From positions 8,625,573 to 8,689,572 of the forward strand of contig CM082594.2 of the NCBI GenBank assembly GCA_040954595.2: a stretch of 64,000 bases of DNA, read 5' to 3'. Below are positions 43,088 through 64,000 of the stretch, in pieces. Made by a program: the position numbers and the translations under genes. This DNA comes from Balanoglossus misakiensis. Lineage: Eukaryota; Animalia; Hemichordata. Below the pieces are notes generated by a model, which was not told the DNA's origin, searched no databases, and saw only the letters and a list, made by a program, of their open reading frames with translations. Positions within the stretch are counted from its first letter, which is position 1, and every line of letters begins with the position of its first letter.

Positions 43088-44064
43088 TGTCAGTGTTCGT
43101 TAAATGAAAGCCGATTCGCCGTTAGGTCTGTGGAATGAGTGGCTGTACTATTTGAAATATCACCTAAGTCTAGTCAGTGTCCCTGGCCTGGCCAAGAAGC
43201 ATCCGTGATCCGTGGAGTTTATTGGATGCGAATGAAACCGCCAACCCCGTTAAGTACGTTATCTAGTATTGTGTACTACCGGTAGTATATATACAGGTAG
43301 TGTACACCTGCAAAGCGATGGACCAGATATATAAATAAGGGATTCTATTTCAATGTCACTTCTCAACTCACGTGTTGTCGATTGCAGTCAAAATAAGACC
43401 CCTTAACTCCCTATGCAATTGGATTTCCCCGGAAGTACCAAGTTAGCGGGTCCCTAAAGCTAGTACACATCTTTACTTTTCCCCACTTATGTTCTTTTTT
43501 GTACCGATGTCTTCGAACAAAGATGCACCAGTTGTATTAAAAAGGGATATTTTTCTTTTAATTCATTTGTGAGAGGAGTAGCTAACGGATCTCGTTTAAT
43601 TTGCAACAAGGCCAGGGCGCGGGCCTCTCGCTTTCGGATGACGTCGGACTTCAACCGTCTCGCGCTTACTCTTCTGCAGTGTGCTCTACCGCATCAGTCA
43701 GCACCATTTGGGATTGGAGGGAAGAGTCATTACATTATATGCGGACAGTTTTACATTTTTAAGTTTCTGATCCCGTAAAAGTCAAGAAACAATGTATTTT
43801 CTGTAAAGAATGCAACCTGATTAAGCTACGATCATTTATAAAATAATTATCACAGAAGACATGGAATTTGCCACTATGTTTCCTCCCCCGTGATTTATGG
43901 AATTGTCTGAGTAGTTGCCATATTAGGCAATTTCAGCGGATGAATACATTTATCTATATGTGAGTTCATCACGTTCAACGGTTCAGTCGTTCATTCGATC
44001 AACCGACGTAGAAGAAGTGCAGACGTGACGCTGTCTATATCTATTACTTGAAAAACCTCCCAAA

Positions 44065-46511
<2,447 letters not shown>

Positions 46512-47880
46512 GCCGGAAAAAAAACCCCCACTTGACGAGAAACCAGTTTCTTTGACCTGTAGTGTGTTAGTACAACTCTTGCCTGGTGCTATTCAATTTA
46601 CACTGGTATTAGTAAAAAAGCATGCTGCCAAGTTTATGACTTGTATGTTGGCCTTCATATCTTCTTGACAATAAAAGTTGCACAGAAAGTGCTATGTATC
46701 TGAATATTGATTGGTCTTTTATTTTCTTGTAAAAGTAAAACAGAATTTGTGCACCCAGTTTCAGTTAGCTTGGCAACCAGCCTATAATGTGTACAGATAC
46801 CTCTTGTTAAATAAACCCATTTCAGACTTGTCAACAACAGTCGGGTAAGTAGAATGTGGGACTATGGCACCTGGAGTAGAGTAATACACTGACAAACAAA
46901 AAATACTGAAGAAATAAAAGGTACAGCTAGCTCTTTGCATTTGAGGGACATGCTTTGAATCCTTGGTTTTTAACTGGACAGGCATCAAATCTTGAAAGTG
47001 TAAGTTAAAGCTCTCCAATTGAATAGAAACCACTTGAGGTCAAGGACAACGTCTGTGGTGGGCGAAACTCTGCTTTCACTGGCAATCATGACCAGACTAA
47101 TGGTTTGAAACACAATAATGTCTTGTGTCTAGTGTTGGCAAGTGAAAACATTAAACCAATGATATGATATGCCGTACTTGATACTCTGACCAAAACTAGA
47201 TATACAGGCTTGGATATGCAAAACATGTGGGAACTTGTAAGTCTTTCAGTCGGACTTGGTGTCAGTTTTGCAAATCAGAATCGACCACTTCTCGAAAACA
47301 GCTGAACAAGAACAGCAAAGAACCATCAAGGATAAAGAATGAGTCTATTCTAATGGTGGTATCTCTCATTTTCGAAGTTCTTTATAACTTGAACCTCGCT
47401 GGTTTGGCGCCCTCAGTGGCGATATCTTATTGATCCAAATCACAGTCCCTCTATTCTTCACCTCCAAAAGGAATGTCACTGGACGGTATATATCGTGAAG
47501 GTCATCCATAAAAGTTTCAACATGCTCTCTGTCTCATTGCTTACAGTGGTTAAAAAGAATGAAAATAGTCTGAGACTGCATTTGGTATCAGTTGGGTGGT
47601 CCAGAAGGCGCTATTGGTCAAAGCCAACTTTTGTGTCACCTTATTTCACGATGAAGAACTGCCTGTTTCATTCATGAAGAACTGGCCAATAAAAGGTATG
47701 TTGCATTTTTCCTGATATACCCCTCAGCCACTGCTCTATTGCCCACTAATTCATGAAAAGACAATTTTAATGTGGACCAGTGAATTCTTGAGATACTAGT
47801 ACATGTACTTGGTTATACTTTATTGATGCATCGTGAATGCAAAGTTTGGACTAGAAGTTGATTTGGTGACAGGTGTCGTG

Positions 47881-47913
<33 letters not shown>
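47881..47913. repeat. (CA)n microsatellite between tubulin copies 1 and 2
   Basis: Direct read of sequence. Confidence 0.95.
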
Positions 47914-47915
<2 letters not shown>

Positions 47916-48346
47916 ACACAGACGTGCGTCTTTAACACCACGCCTAGCTGTGTTCATGCTGATAAGCACATAAGCCAAAACGAATTTTCATTCAAAGAGT
48001 TAAAAATTTATTAATATTCCAACACTTAGAGATTGGCAAAATAAAATACGAAAATACACGGATCTGAAATGATAATTTACAATGTAATTAGTCGGTGCAC
48101 CTTTCGAATGCATGTTTTAGTACTCAGAGTCAAAGTCTTATCTCAGATGACATCATCACATGCTGTCTCGATTTTTGATATACACTGTACCAGCAATATA
48201 GTACTCGGTTTGTGGCTCCTGTTAATTTGCAAGTGTAAAGAAAAATGCAACACAGCGACAAAATAAAAGTAAAGCGCTTTTGATGGTCGATGGGCGATAG
48301 AAAGTCAGAGTTGATTTTCGGATCGAGATTGTCGACATGGAGCTGT

Positions 48347-50587
<2,241 letters not shown>

Positions 50588-52699
50588 TTTGGCAATTTAT
50601 GTACAAAAATACCGCAGTGCAAGATCGACTTCTTGTCTGATTTTTCAACAAACCGGGAGTGCCTGATCCGTGCCACAGTTGCGAAATTTGAAGCTGTTTC
50701 GACCGGGTATTCTTCCGCTTGATATAGTATGTAAATTAGTTAAGAAAAACATAGTCCTCCTGCAAAATAAGACTGAAACAAACCCTTTGCTGAATTTTTT
50801 TCTGGTGGAAGAGAAAACCTTAGAAGGAGTCCCTTTCACATATGGGATTGGAAGTCTTAAATCGTTGCTGCTTAACTTGAAACACAAAAGTAAGCACCTG
50901 TCTTAAGGGGCAGTGACCTAAATTTTAACTACGGATAGGATAGTACGGCCAAACAGCAGAATTCACTCGCCATTGTGAACAGTTCCTGTATATACGGTGC
51001 ATAGCGACAGGCAAACACGCATAAACGTGTTTCCATGGCCAGGGTTTGACGTCATATTGATTTATGATAATCAGTCCCCATATAGCAGCGAGGTGCCAAT
51101 TTCAAACATTGTTACAACTTTATTAAATATGGAAAATAACTGACAGAAAGGGCCCATTAACTAACATTCCTTGCCGTTGACAACTGCAGGTGCACCCCTG
51201 CATTTATTTAGAAAGTTTGTGTAAAGTTTATTGCAAGCATTTTTCACGTGCGACTCTACAAGTCATGGCCATAAAACCATGAAAACCATGTTTGGCTGGG
51301 TAAATATATGAGGGACACTCCGTCTGCTGTGCTTGTCCACTCAGACGGTCAAAGTATACATTGATAACAGGTTTCGAAAAAATGCGCCAATGAGATGGTT
51401 GGTTTTTAACGGGGTTGGCACCAACAGCGTTATCTCCAGAACTGAAAACCTTAATTAGATATATGGTAGTTAGCGTTTTATCGTCTTGTTCAAGTCTGAC
51501 TGGGACCCACACCTGTGTACATTTGTATACCAATCCTCACAAGGGAATATAATATGTTTGTCGCCAATGACAGTTGGTTTTACATTCCATCACCCCTATG
51601 CGGAATCGATTTGTAAGTCTGCTATCAGCTTTAGTCTACTTGGTATGTTTGCTTCGGAATGTCGTTTATCGACAGCTACTTGCTGACCCTACTGAAGGTG
51701 TGGAGCTTTATCGGCACTGGGCAATCTGTATTGATACGCTGTTTGAATGGCCGATAATCCATTGTATTGCTGCGTAGCTAAGCATCGTAGATTTCTTGGG
51801 TCGCTCTGCTCATGTTGCATTTGAATTCACGAGGTTCGCCCTTAGTTGTTTTCCATTGGATTTCTTAAACATCAAAAATGTTTATTTGCCGGGGACCAGT
51901 GAAGTGTTGTGTTGACATGGACCTTTAAACGGGCTTAATAGGAATAAAAATGTATGTATAGTCAGTCTAAAAGAATTTTGGCTATATTCAATGACTTCTT
52001 TGACTTCCAACATACGTGATGGTATGTAAAACACCCCTAGGGGGCAGGTGATCGTTTATTGTCTGCTAGAATCAATACCGCTCGTCCCCACGACCTCACA
52101 GGTGATGGAAAACACAACATACTTTTTAAACACCTGGATTTATGTAAATCTTGACCAGGCCAATGACTTTCATGCGCATATCTTTCATCTCAACATTAGC
52201 AAAAATGCGAGCATTAAGGCTGATTGGCTCCCGTCAGTTTTGGCCAATGCGTTTTGGTTCTATTATTTTGTGCACACATGTACAGTGGTAAATCGACTCC
52301 GTGCGGCCGCACCAGTACACGCCACCAACGACGAAACGTCCACCAGTTTCAAGCTATACCCACAGGGCGTGCTTCAGTTGACTGAAGAGGCGCTCATCAT
52401 AGTTCAGGTTCTTCGGTGCCTGCAACCCCCCCCCCCCCCCTCCCAATGTGGCACATTGCCAATCACGGTGTTACACCGGTTACCAGGGCAGCACACGGAC
52501 ACGAACTGGGAGGTCAAGCATCACTTCAATCACTAGGTTGTAATCCGTCGATGGTCCGCCATGCTTTTGACAGTTGACTGATTTTCAACAATACCCATTT
52601 ACTTATTGCCCCCAAAACAACGTGAAGCCAGCTTTGAGTTTCACACTACATTGTACATACTGTGTTTAGGCAAATACTAATGCACAATCAGACAGTTGA

Positions 52700-53500
52700 T
52701 TATAGACGTGGAGTACACGTCCGCATATGAAATATTTATAATATTCTGTTACCGATCTGGTAAAGCCTACTTTTATTGTGGTGTTCGTTAAGTCATAGAA
52801 AGGTATAATATTCACAATTACCAAATGCACCGATACAAGGGTGTCGTGACGAGTGTTGTATAGAATAGAAGCACAGGAATTGCTAGTACGACATAAATTA
52901 TCACACCTTGTCCTTCTACTGTTTTCGCAGTGGTATATGTTGGCTTCCAGCGGCTTCGCAGATTTGATTGTCAGCAACTTTTTCAACCTCTGTTACCGGA
53001 CTAGAATCCCTGGGTGCGGTATGGCTTTATTGTCTGCCGAAGCTTTTACTCAACACAAACAGAATGGATTCAAAAGAGTCACAACATGCATAGGGGAGAC
53101 AGCACTAGCGCATAATTCATCCAAAAAGCTTTGGTGTGTTCATTGTGGTGAACAGGACCAGCATTGTGTGAGTCCCAACCTCTCCACGTCAGGTCGTGAG
53201 ACAAAAGCAGTCTTGCCAGCACCTCGCCCACAGAGTGAAAGACCTCTTTGAATGTCCAGTGCATAGGGGTTGTTTTGGAGCTGGCAATCTTGCATACACG
53301 GCTGAATAACTTTGTCGGTTTAAATGGCCAGGGAATGTTCCCCTTTTAAAAGTCCGAAAGTTTATCAGCTGTTTTCGGTCGGTAGCCCGTGTGAAAGTTG
53401 TCCTTAGGCAATCTATCATCCAAGCGACCGTGCGATTCATTTTTCTCCCGAAGAATAGATTTCACCATTCTTGCGCTGCAAACTGCTGTAATCTCCGCTC
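52700..53500 (-). pseudogene. Possible decayed NACHT/STAND NTPase relic
   Basis: Minus-strand GRGAGKT (53209-53229) followed across frameshifts by LSHDLTW, MLVLFTT, ESILFVL (53051-53071) and KKLL...LEANI...NSRR, the order of Walker A, Walker B strand and sensor 1. Walker B acidic residues are missing. Confidence 0.3.
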
Positions 53501-53863
53501 ACCCGTTTCCGTTCTGCTTCAGCAAAGCAACAGGATGCATTTAATTTCTTTGGGTTGCAACATTTACATGTTAAAGTATTCTTTCAAGGCGATGAGTCCA
53601 AGCTTTCATGTCGATCCAGTACAAATTGCCGTGGTAGAATTTTGGCTGTGCAAGTCAGACTTGCAGGAAAATAATGTGAGACGGTCCACCTCACGAGAAC
53701 AGTGCACTGTCAGTGTTTCTGTGATGTCTGGAAATCCCTTTCCTATTCTGGAAATGCTTTTCAATCTTTAAAGAGCCACTTTATTTGTAACAGAATCAAC
53801 ATTTCGTGATTTAGAATACCTGTATGTAAATGCAGTCTGTTTATGATTACATGTATCAACTCG

Positions 53864-53880
53864 GTTGCCATGGTAAACAA
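53864..53880 (+). promoter_or_regulatory. X-box-like GTTGCCATGGTAAAC overlapping a forkhead site GTAAACAA, about 0.9 kb upstream of tubulin copy 3
   Basis: Motif match to RFX and FOX consensus; function untested. Confidence 0.4.
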
Positions 53881-54786
53881 CTTGCGGGCATCAAAAACTG
53901 CTGGGCTGCAATTCTGGCTGGATTTGGTGGGTCCATTTTGGCCTGTCGCTTTGTCACAGACCATGGTTAATTAAAGCATTTGGCATATTATGCTGTAATT
54001 TCTTTTTATTGAAATGTGTCATTATTGGTGCGTAGCAAAAATGACGTCATTGAAATCATATTACGCATATTATAAGATTCATAACTGCTACCGATTCGAC
54101 TTGTCTGAGCATGCTCATCAGAATGAACTGACTAGTGTGTCGATGACACTGATTTGACCTCTTAAAATAAAGTACTATAAGCTAAGCACACAATGAAATC
54201 TAAAATCATCCTGCTCAAACCAGTTTGCTGTTTACTTAAAATGGCGTGTTTGTGAGGCCCTAACTTTGGGGCGGCGTTAGGTGATAGGAATGCTGTTGGC
54301 AAGGCGCACAAGTCTATTTACGTGTCAACATTGCAACATACCACTGACTGTGTCTTAGGGTCAAACGGGGCCGGCCTTCTATGGAGCGACGCATCGACGC
54401 GACGTCTACTTAAAAGTCGCGGATGAATATACATGCTGCCTTGGGCGACCGTAAACAACACAATGATGCACAGTCAAATTGTTTTCAATTTTGTTTAAAA
54501 ACAGACAAGTTTGATATAAATTAATTCGATGTTACAGATTATCATGATTATTGTAAACTTGATACTGGATTTTAAATAGAGACTCGTTTATCGCTCAGAT
54601 GACGTCAGTTGAAAGAACTATTTAGCGGGCGTAGGTTGCGTAGTGCGTTATCAGGCTCTGGATTTTTACTCACAACATGCACGATTTCGAAAAAAAGTGC
54701 TGTCCAGCTCTCGGGTTTCGATTGAGTACAAGCATCAAACGTTCGAACGATTTAAATTTTGCAATTTAACTTCAAAATCCATCAAA

Positions 54787-56895
<2,109 letters not shown>

Positions 56896-58970
56896 ATTAC
56901 ACGACCGAGACACGTGACCAAGATCTTGTCAGAATAAAACATTTTGCTATTTCAATTTAAAACAAGGACAGTTAGTGACACAAGTACAACTTCACAAATA
57001 AAATGTTGTCTAGAACATCTTAATGCTCTTTATCTCGTCTTGAGATTCACCAATCATCACCAAGACTATGTATAACAATGATAACACCGAGAACAACTTT
57101 CAATTTATGTAAATGAAGTCAATAGTATTGAATAAAACCTTAAAATGATTGGAACTACTCTGTGAAGATAAGATCTTTAAAATAGTCTGAAAATAATTTA
57201 CATATCAATGTTCTTTTTTGTAAAAACTGAAATTCTAGTAGAATCATGTCTGTTGATTTATAGGAAATTTCTAGTTATCTTATAATCACAAAATAGTTCC
57301 AATTGTGTGTCTGTTGAAAATAAAACCAGTTATGTTTCTATTGGTCTATTTTTATAATGAGAAGAAGTGGATTAAAATATTCTCTTATGGTATGGATACG
57401 GAAAATACACCAATCTCAGGCTCATGATAATCTTCAAAAATGACCGCCATATTTCTATGTAACCCACTTTTCTCAAGCCTGCCCCTGCTATTAGAGCAGG
57501 GTTATCCCGAGTGTCATGACTGTGACGATGTTCGGTGAATCTGCGCAGTCTCGGGGAGCTCGAGAATCGAAGCGCACCTGCCCTGTGCTTGGAATGAACG
57601 CTCTGTAGCATCGTGGAATGTTGGAAACTACAACGGTCGTTCTCGAAGGAAACGTTCTAGAGTAGCGTCTACATAGCAACGCGTAGGTAAACAATAGTAA
57701 TCAATCGCAACACTGTCTTGGAATTATCATATTAGCTTGCCACATAAAGAATACGCTCCTCTGACCGTGCTGAGCTTTCGTAGTTCCAGTCGACTTTTAC
57801 CAAAGTCATTGTTCAATATGCCATCTCAGTTGGAAACACAAGGTTTAAACTCCTTTTCTCAGTTAAATCGTGTTTTATTCTCCATCCATTTGAACTATAT
57901 TCTAAGTTAGAAATCGATCGGGAATGTTAGCCTAAGTCCATTGTCGCAGTATGCTTACTTTAAACCCAGTTTTGGTACCACTGACCGAAACACTCATATT
58001 TGTGTACTACTTTCTTAGAATAGTATTTTAATGGAGATATCTTTCTACACTTGTCAGATATTATCAGAGCGGCTGCTGAGGCAGCATGCATTGTACCCGA
58101 AGAATTTATGGCACCAACACATAGCCCACAAATAGTAAGTACTTATTTAGGAAGAAAAATCCCCGTTCACGTGATCATCTAGGTCGTCAGGCTAAGCAAC
58201 AGACTTCTCTTAGAACACCTTTACAGTAGTTCGTGCCATTTTTTGCTTGCAGAGCAACGATTGTGAAGACATCGTAGCGCTTACGTCACTTCATTCATTC
58301 CTGACGTCACAATGTGGCAGTCAGAAGTGTGACTGCTGTCAATCAAATCAATGTAACGAATTCTCGTCACCCTTGACACGATGGGGCACGTCATATCCAG
58401 AAATGATTGACCAATCACCCGAAGAAACACCGAGGAACCTATGGTAAGTGATACAAATCAAGCTTTAGCTTACCTACTTGCTTACTTACCTACTTACCTA
58501 ATTATTAAATCGGTGATGAGATATCTTACAAATGTCTTGGACTCGTACGACATGCTATTTACAATACGCGAAAATTGAACAGTGCTCAGGAAATCCAATT
58601 TTAATAAGAATGTGTTAAATTGTTGATGTACAGATTCTTGATCTTGGTATTTGTGTTTCTTTACAGTTTGCCATGCCAGTACCACAATCCATGGTCGTCT
58701 TCGTCGCCTTATTACCTTGTATCGACGCCGTCACCCACACCGATGGATACCGTGACGTCACACGGTATAATGTTAGCTGACAGGAATGTAATCGTGCACA
58801 CGTCCGCTCGGTGCTCTTATTCACCCTTGATGCTATCAAGTCCCGTAATTTATTCATCCACTGATTCAACTTTTAATGAACATAAACGCCCTCACGATAA
58901 CAGGCAAGCTTATAAACTCTTCTTTTCCCCATGTATCATTTTCATGTAAACTTTCCAATATGGCGACTTG

Positions 58971-58983
58971 GTTACCGGGCAAC
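58971..58983. promoter_or_regulatory. Consensus RFX X-box GTTACCGGGCAAC between tubulin copies 3 and 4
   Basis: Fits GTNRCC-N-RGYAAC exactly; function untested. Confidence 0.4.
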
Positions 58984-59898
58984 TGTATGTATGATGTTGT
59001 TAATTTCAATGCATTTTTTCCAGTGAGGGCGAAACGTCTGAAGACACCCCTATCACAAAACAGTTAAGGTATGATGGCGAAAATGACACGGTGTATGACG
59101 ACAGCGTCCTCACGCCGAAGATGAGCTGTTTCCAAATAAGGAGACTGGCTCAGGAGAAGAAGTTAGTATAACACTACGTGCTGTTGTGTGGTGTGCGTAT
59201 TTCTCTCCCTTAGGATACTTGTTTATATGTATTGTCAAAGCTGGAACTACGCATATTCCTTTCTAGAATGCAAAGTGCGTAACTTGTCATGGTTTTCAAC
59301 GAGTGACAAGAGAAAGAGAAAGATGAAATGCTAATTTTATATTATTTCATCTTTTTAATTCGACAGTGATGGAAGAAATATCAGAATTCGAAGGTCAAGG
59401 AGTGCTTTATCGGTAATCAAACCAAATTCAAAGACGTAATTTCTCACCTGATCATATTTATGTCGATCTATTAATAATTATTTAATTTTCTTTTGCGTAC
59501 ATAGGTTGATTCAATTGTGTCTTTATAGATATTTCACTTCTCCTGATCGAATGAATTAAACATTTTCATTTTTATCGTCAGAGATATTTCATACATTTTA
59601 TTTCTAAAGGCAAGTTGCGTGGGTTAAATAGATAAAAAAAAACGGAAGAAGGTTTTAAGAGAAATATTTGTACTTTTATTTACATGAAATAATGATTACA
59701 CATTATTTTGAATGTGCACTGAAAGAATTGGACAAAGATGCATATACCGTCTGTAGAATTCAACTACATGTAATTCAGTGGCTCAGAATTATGTGATGTT
59801 GACTAAAAATGTGATAGGTGTTGATACATTCATTGAATTTAAAGAGAGCAGAAAGGATTCATTGACAAGATCTCGGTCACGTGTCTCGGTCGTGTAAT

Positions 59899-62171
<2,273 letters not shown>

Positions 62172-64000
62172 TTTGATAGATTTTGATTTTTAAAAACCCT
62201 GGACTAAAAAACGCCGATGATGAGCCTGTGGTGTGCCTGCCTTGGTCCAAACCGTGGGAGTGGTCGCTTCTTCTTAAAAACTCCACATTTGACAACCCTT
62301 TTTGGCGGACCACACACCATATTAAGCTCCCGATTGGACAAATAGTTCCCCCAAATAAGCGATAATATGTAGCAGACAGAGTTAATGTTTTTATGTTAAG
62401 AGCAAATTTTCTTAATTTTGTCTCTCCTGGAGAGAAATATTTCTATTTTAGCAAGTTTTCTTGATTTGTGGAAAATTTATGAAATTTGCCGGTGGCAACA
62501 AGATGATTATCAACAATTTTGTTTACTGTTGTTGATAGGGTGAAAAGTAAACCAATGCGCGGATGTGAAGGGGTCGCGTTCGATGGTTTAGGTCGTGACC
62601 GCATACGACCGCACAAAACACAAAGGTTGCACTGTTCTTACAGGAGAACTGGCTGTTGTCAAACGGCATTCAGAAGATGAGCACGCCCTGCCCCCTTCAT
62701 TCATTCATTTCAGTGAAAGATGTCGCAAACACCAGAGTACACAGGTTTAAAAGCCATATATGGGCTACGAGTGGCGAGACACATCTATTCTTTGGCGTGT
62801 ATTACCCTTCGCTATTCTGTTCAAATTGTGTTTTCGCCCTCGTTCGAGAACCCACAATGACTGTCCGGCTGCCCAAGCCTTAAACATTTTGACTTATACA
62901 TGTATAAACGCCTCGGAAGATGTATAATAACAGTGTGGTTTACCTTTGGGTGTACAGTCAACTGTGAGACGGCCAGTTAATGGTAGACTGCCCTCTGTAG
63001 GCAGGCTTTTTATTTAGAAAATAATTATTCGCACGATGGCCTATATTAAACTAAGTACATGTGTAGGATTCATACATGGCCAATTAAATTTTGCAAAGCG
63101 TTTTGTATGTTTGGGCTCATATAGTACGCCCTCAGGCGACACAGTGTAAACTTTAATTAGCCGCTTATGAATCCCTGCCAATCAAGCCAAAAATACGATT
63201 TGGACAGCACGAGCTCATACGTAACTGAAAGTTTTCACTTTGCCTTTCCAATTAACCCTCGCCGTCCTATTAAAACTATTTTGTCTCTCCTTCTCACACA
63301 CAAAGTCGCGTCGTGTGTGTATCCCCAAAGGTCTTACGTCGACCAGGTTTCAAAGTTCTCCCTTGGCCATAGGAAGACCGAAAACTGATGCCACGTCCTA
63401 TGACGTCAGTGTATGGGTGGGCGTGATTGTCAATTGTCTTACCAAGTCTTTGGTATGATAGAAAATTGACATATAGTAATGACATTTGTGGGAGAATTTT
63501 GTAGATTTTATTTCCTCGATAGAAAAATAAAGTTGCATTTCGAGATGTAATGCATACAGCATATTTAATTTGCAAAGCGTTGGTGATTTCTTTTAAATCA
63601 GCAATATTGTACACGAGAAAATAAAAGTTCTGCGTTCACGGGATCATATCCGCCTGGCTAATAACTGACAGCAGAGTTCGTTCTCCAAATCAAAACCCAA
63701 AGCAGGTGTAAGTCAAAGTTCTGTATTCACATGTAAATGTGTACCGTTGTAAGCCAACGTCCATTCCGACCACGAATCTGAATACATCTACAATATGAAC
63801 TCGACAGCATTGCACCATGTTCAGCGACCAAGCCTTCGATTCGTAACCACACTATCAGCGCATACAAAATCACTCACAAACATGAGATTTTTTGGAAAAC
63901 GACATCGATAATATTGAAAATATTTCTATTTTATTTGACGAAATTTCTAACAGTACACTACACCCAGCTAACACGAATAACGCGTAACTGGCGCCGCTCC

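Overview
Intron-rich, AT-rich animal genomic DNA, most likely a non-vertebrate deuterostome (inferred from gene content and gene structure). All gene models were spliced by hand using GT-AG sites and phase continuity. Left to right: a 5'-truncated CYLD deubiquitinase (+); an intronless BTB-BACK-Kelch gene (-); MAF1 (-) head-to-head with one gene carrying both SHARPIN and HOIL-1L/RBCK1 domains (+; PH-LTM-UBL-NZF-RBR); a possible decayed Roc-COR relic; an unrecognised single-pass membrane protein (+); DEF8 (-) head-to-head with ATP5F1E (+); PSMG4 (-); and four beta-tubulin genes in alternating orientation, with a possible decayed NACHT relic among them. Three signals stand out. (1) A stop-containing alternative last exon after the NZF could let one gene make both a SHARPIN-like and a HOIL-1L-like LUBAC subunit, about 8 kb from the LUBAC antagonist CYLD. 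(2) The DEF8-ATP5F1E-PSMG4-TUBB block looks like the unduplicated ancestor of three separate human beta-tubulin neighbourhoods. (3) The tubulin copies show patchwork gene conversion that spares the unique residues of one copy. No database searches were run; identities come from recalled family motifs.
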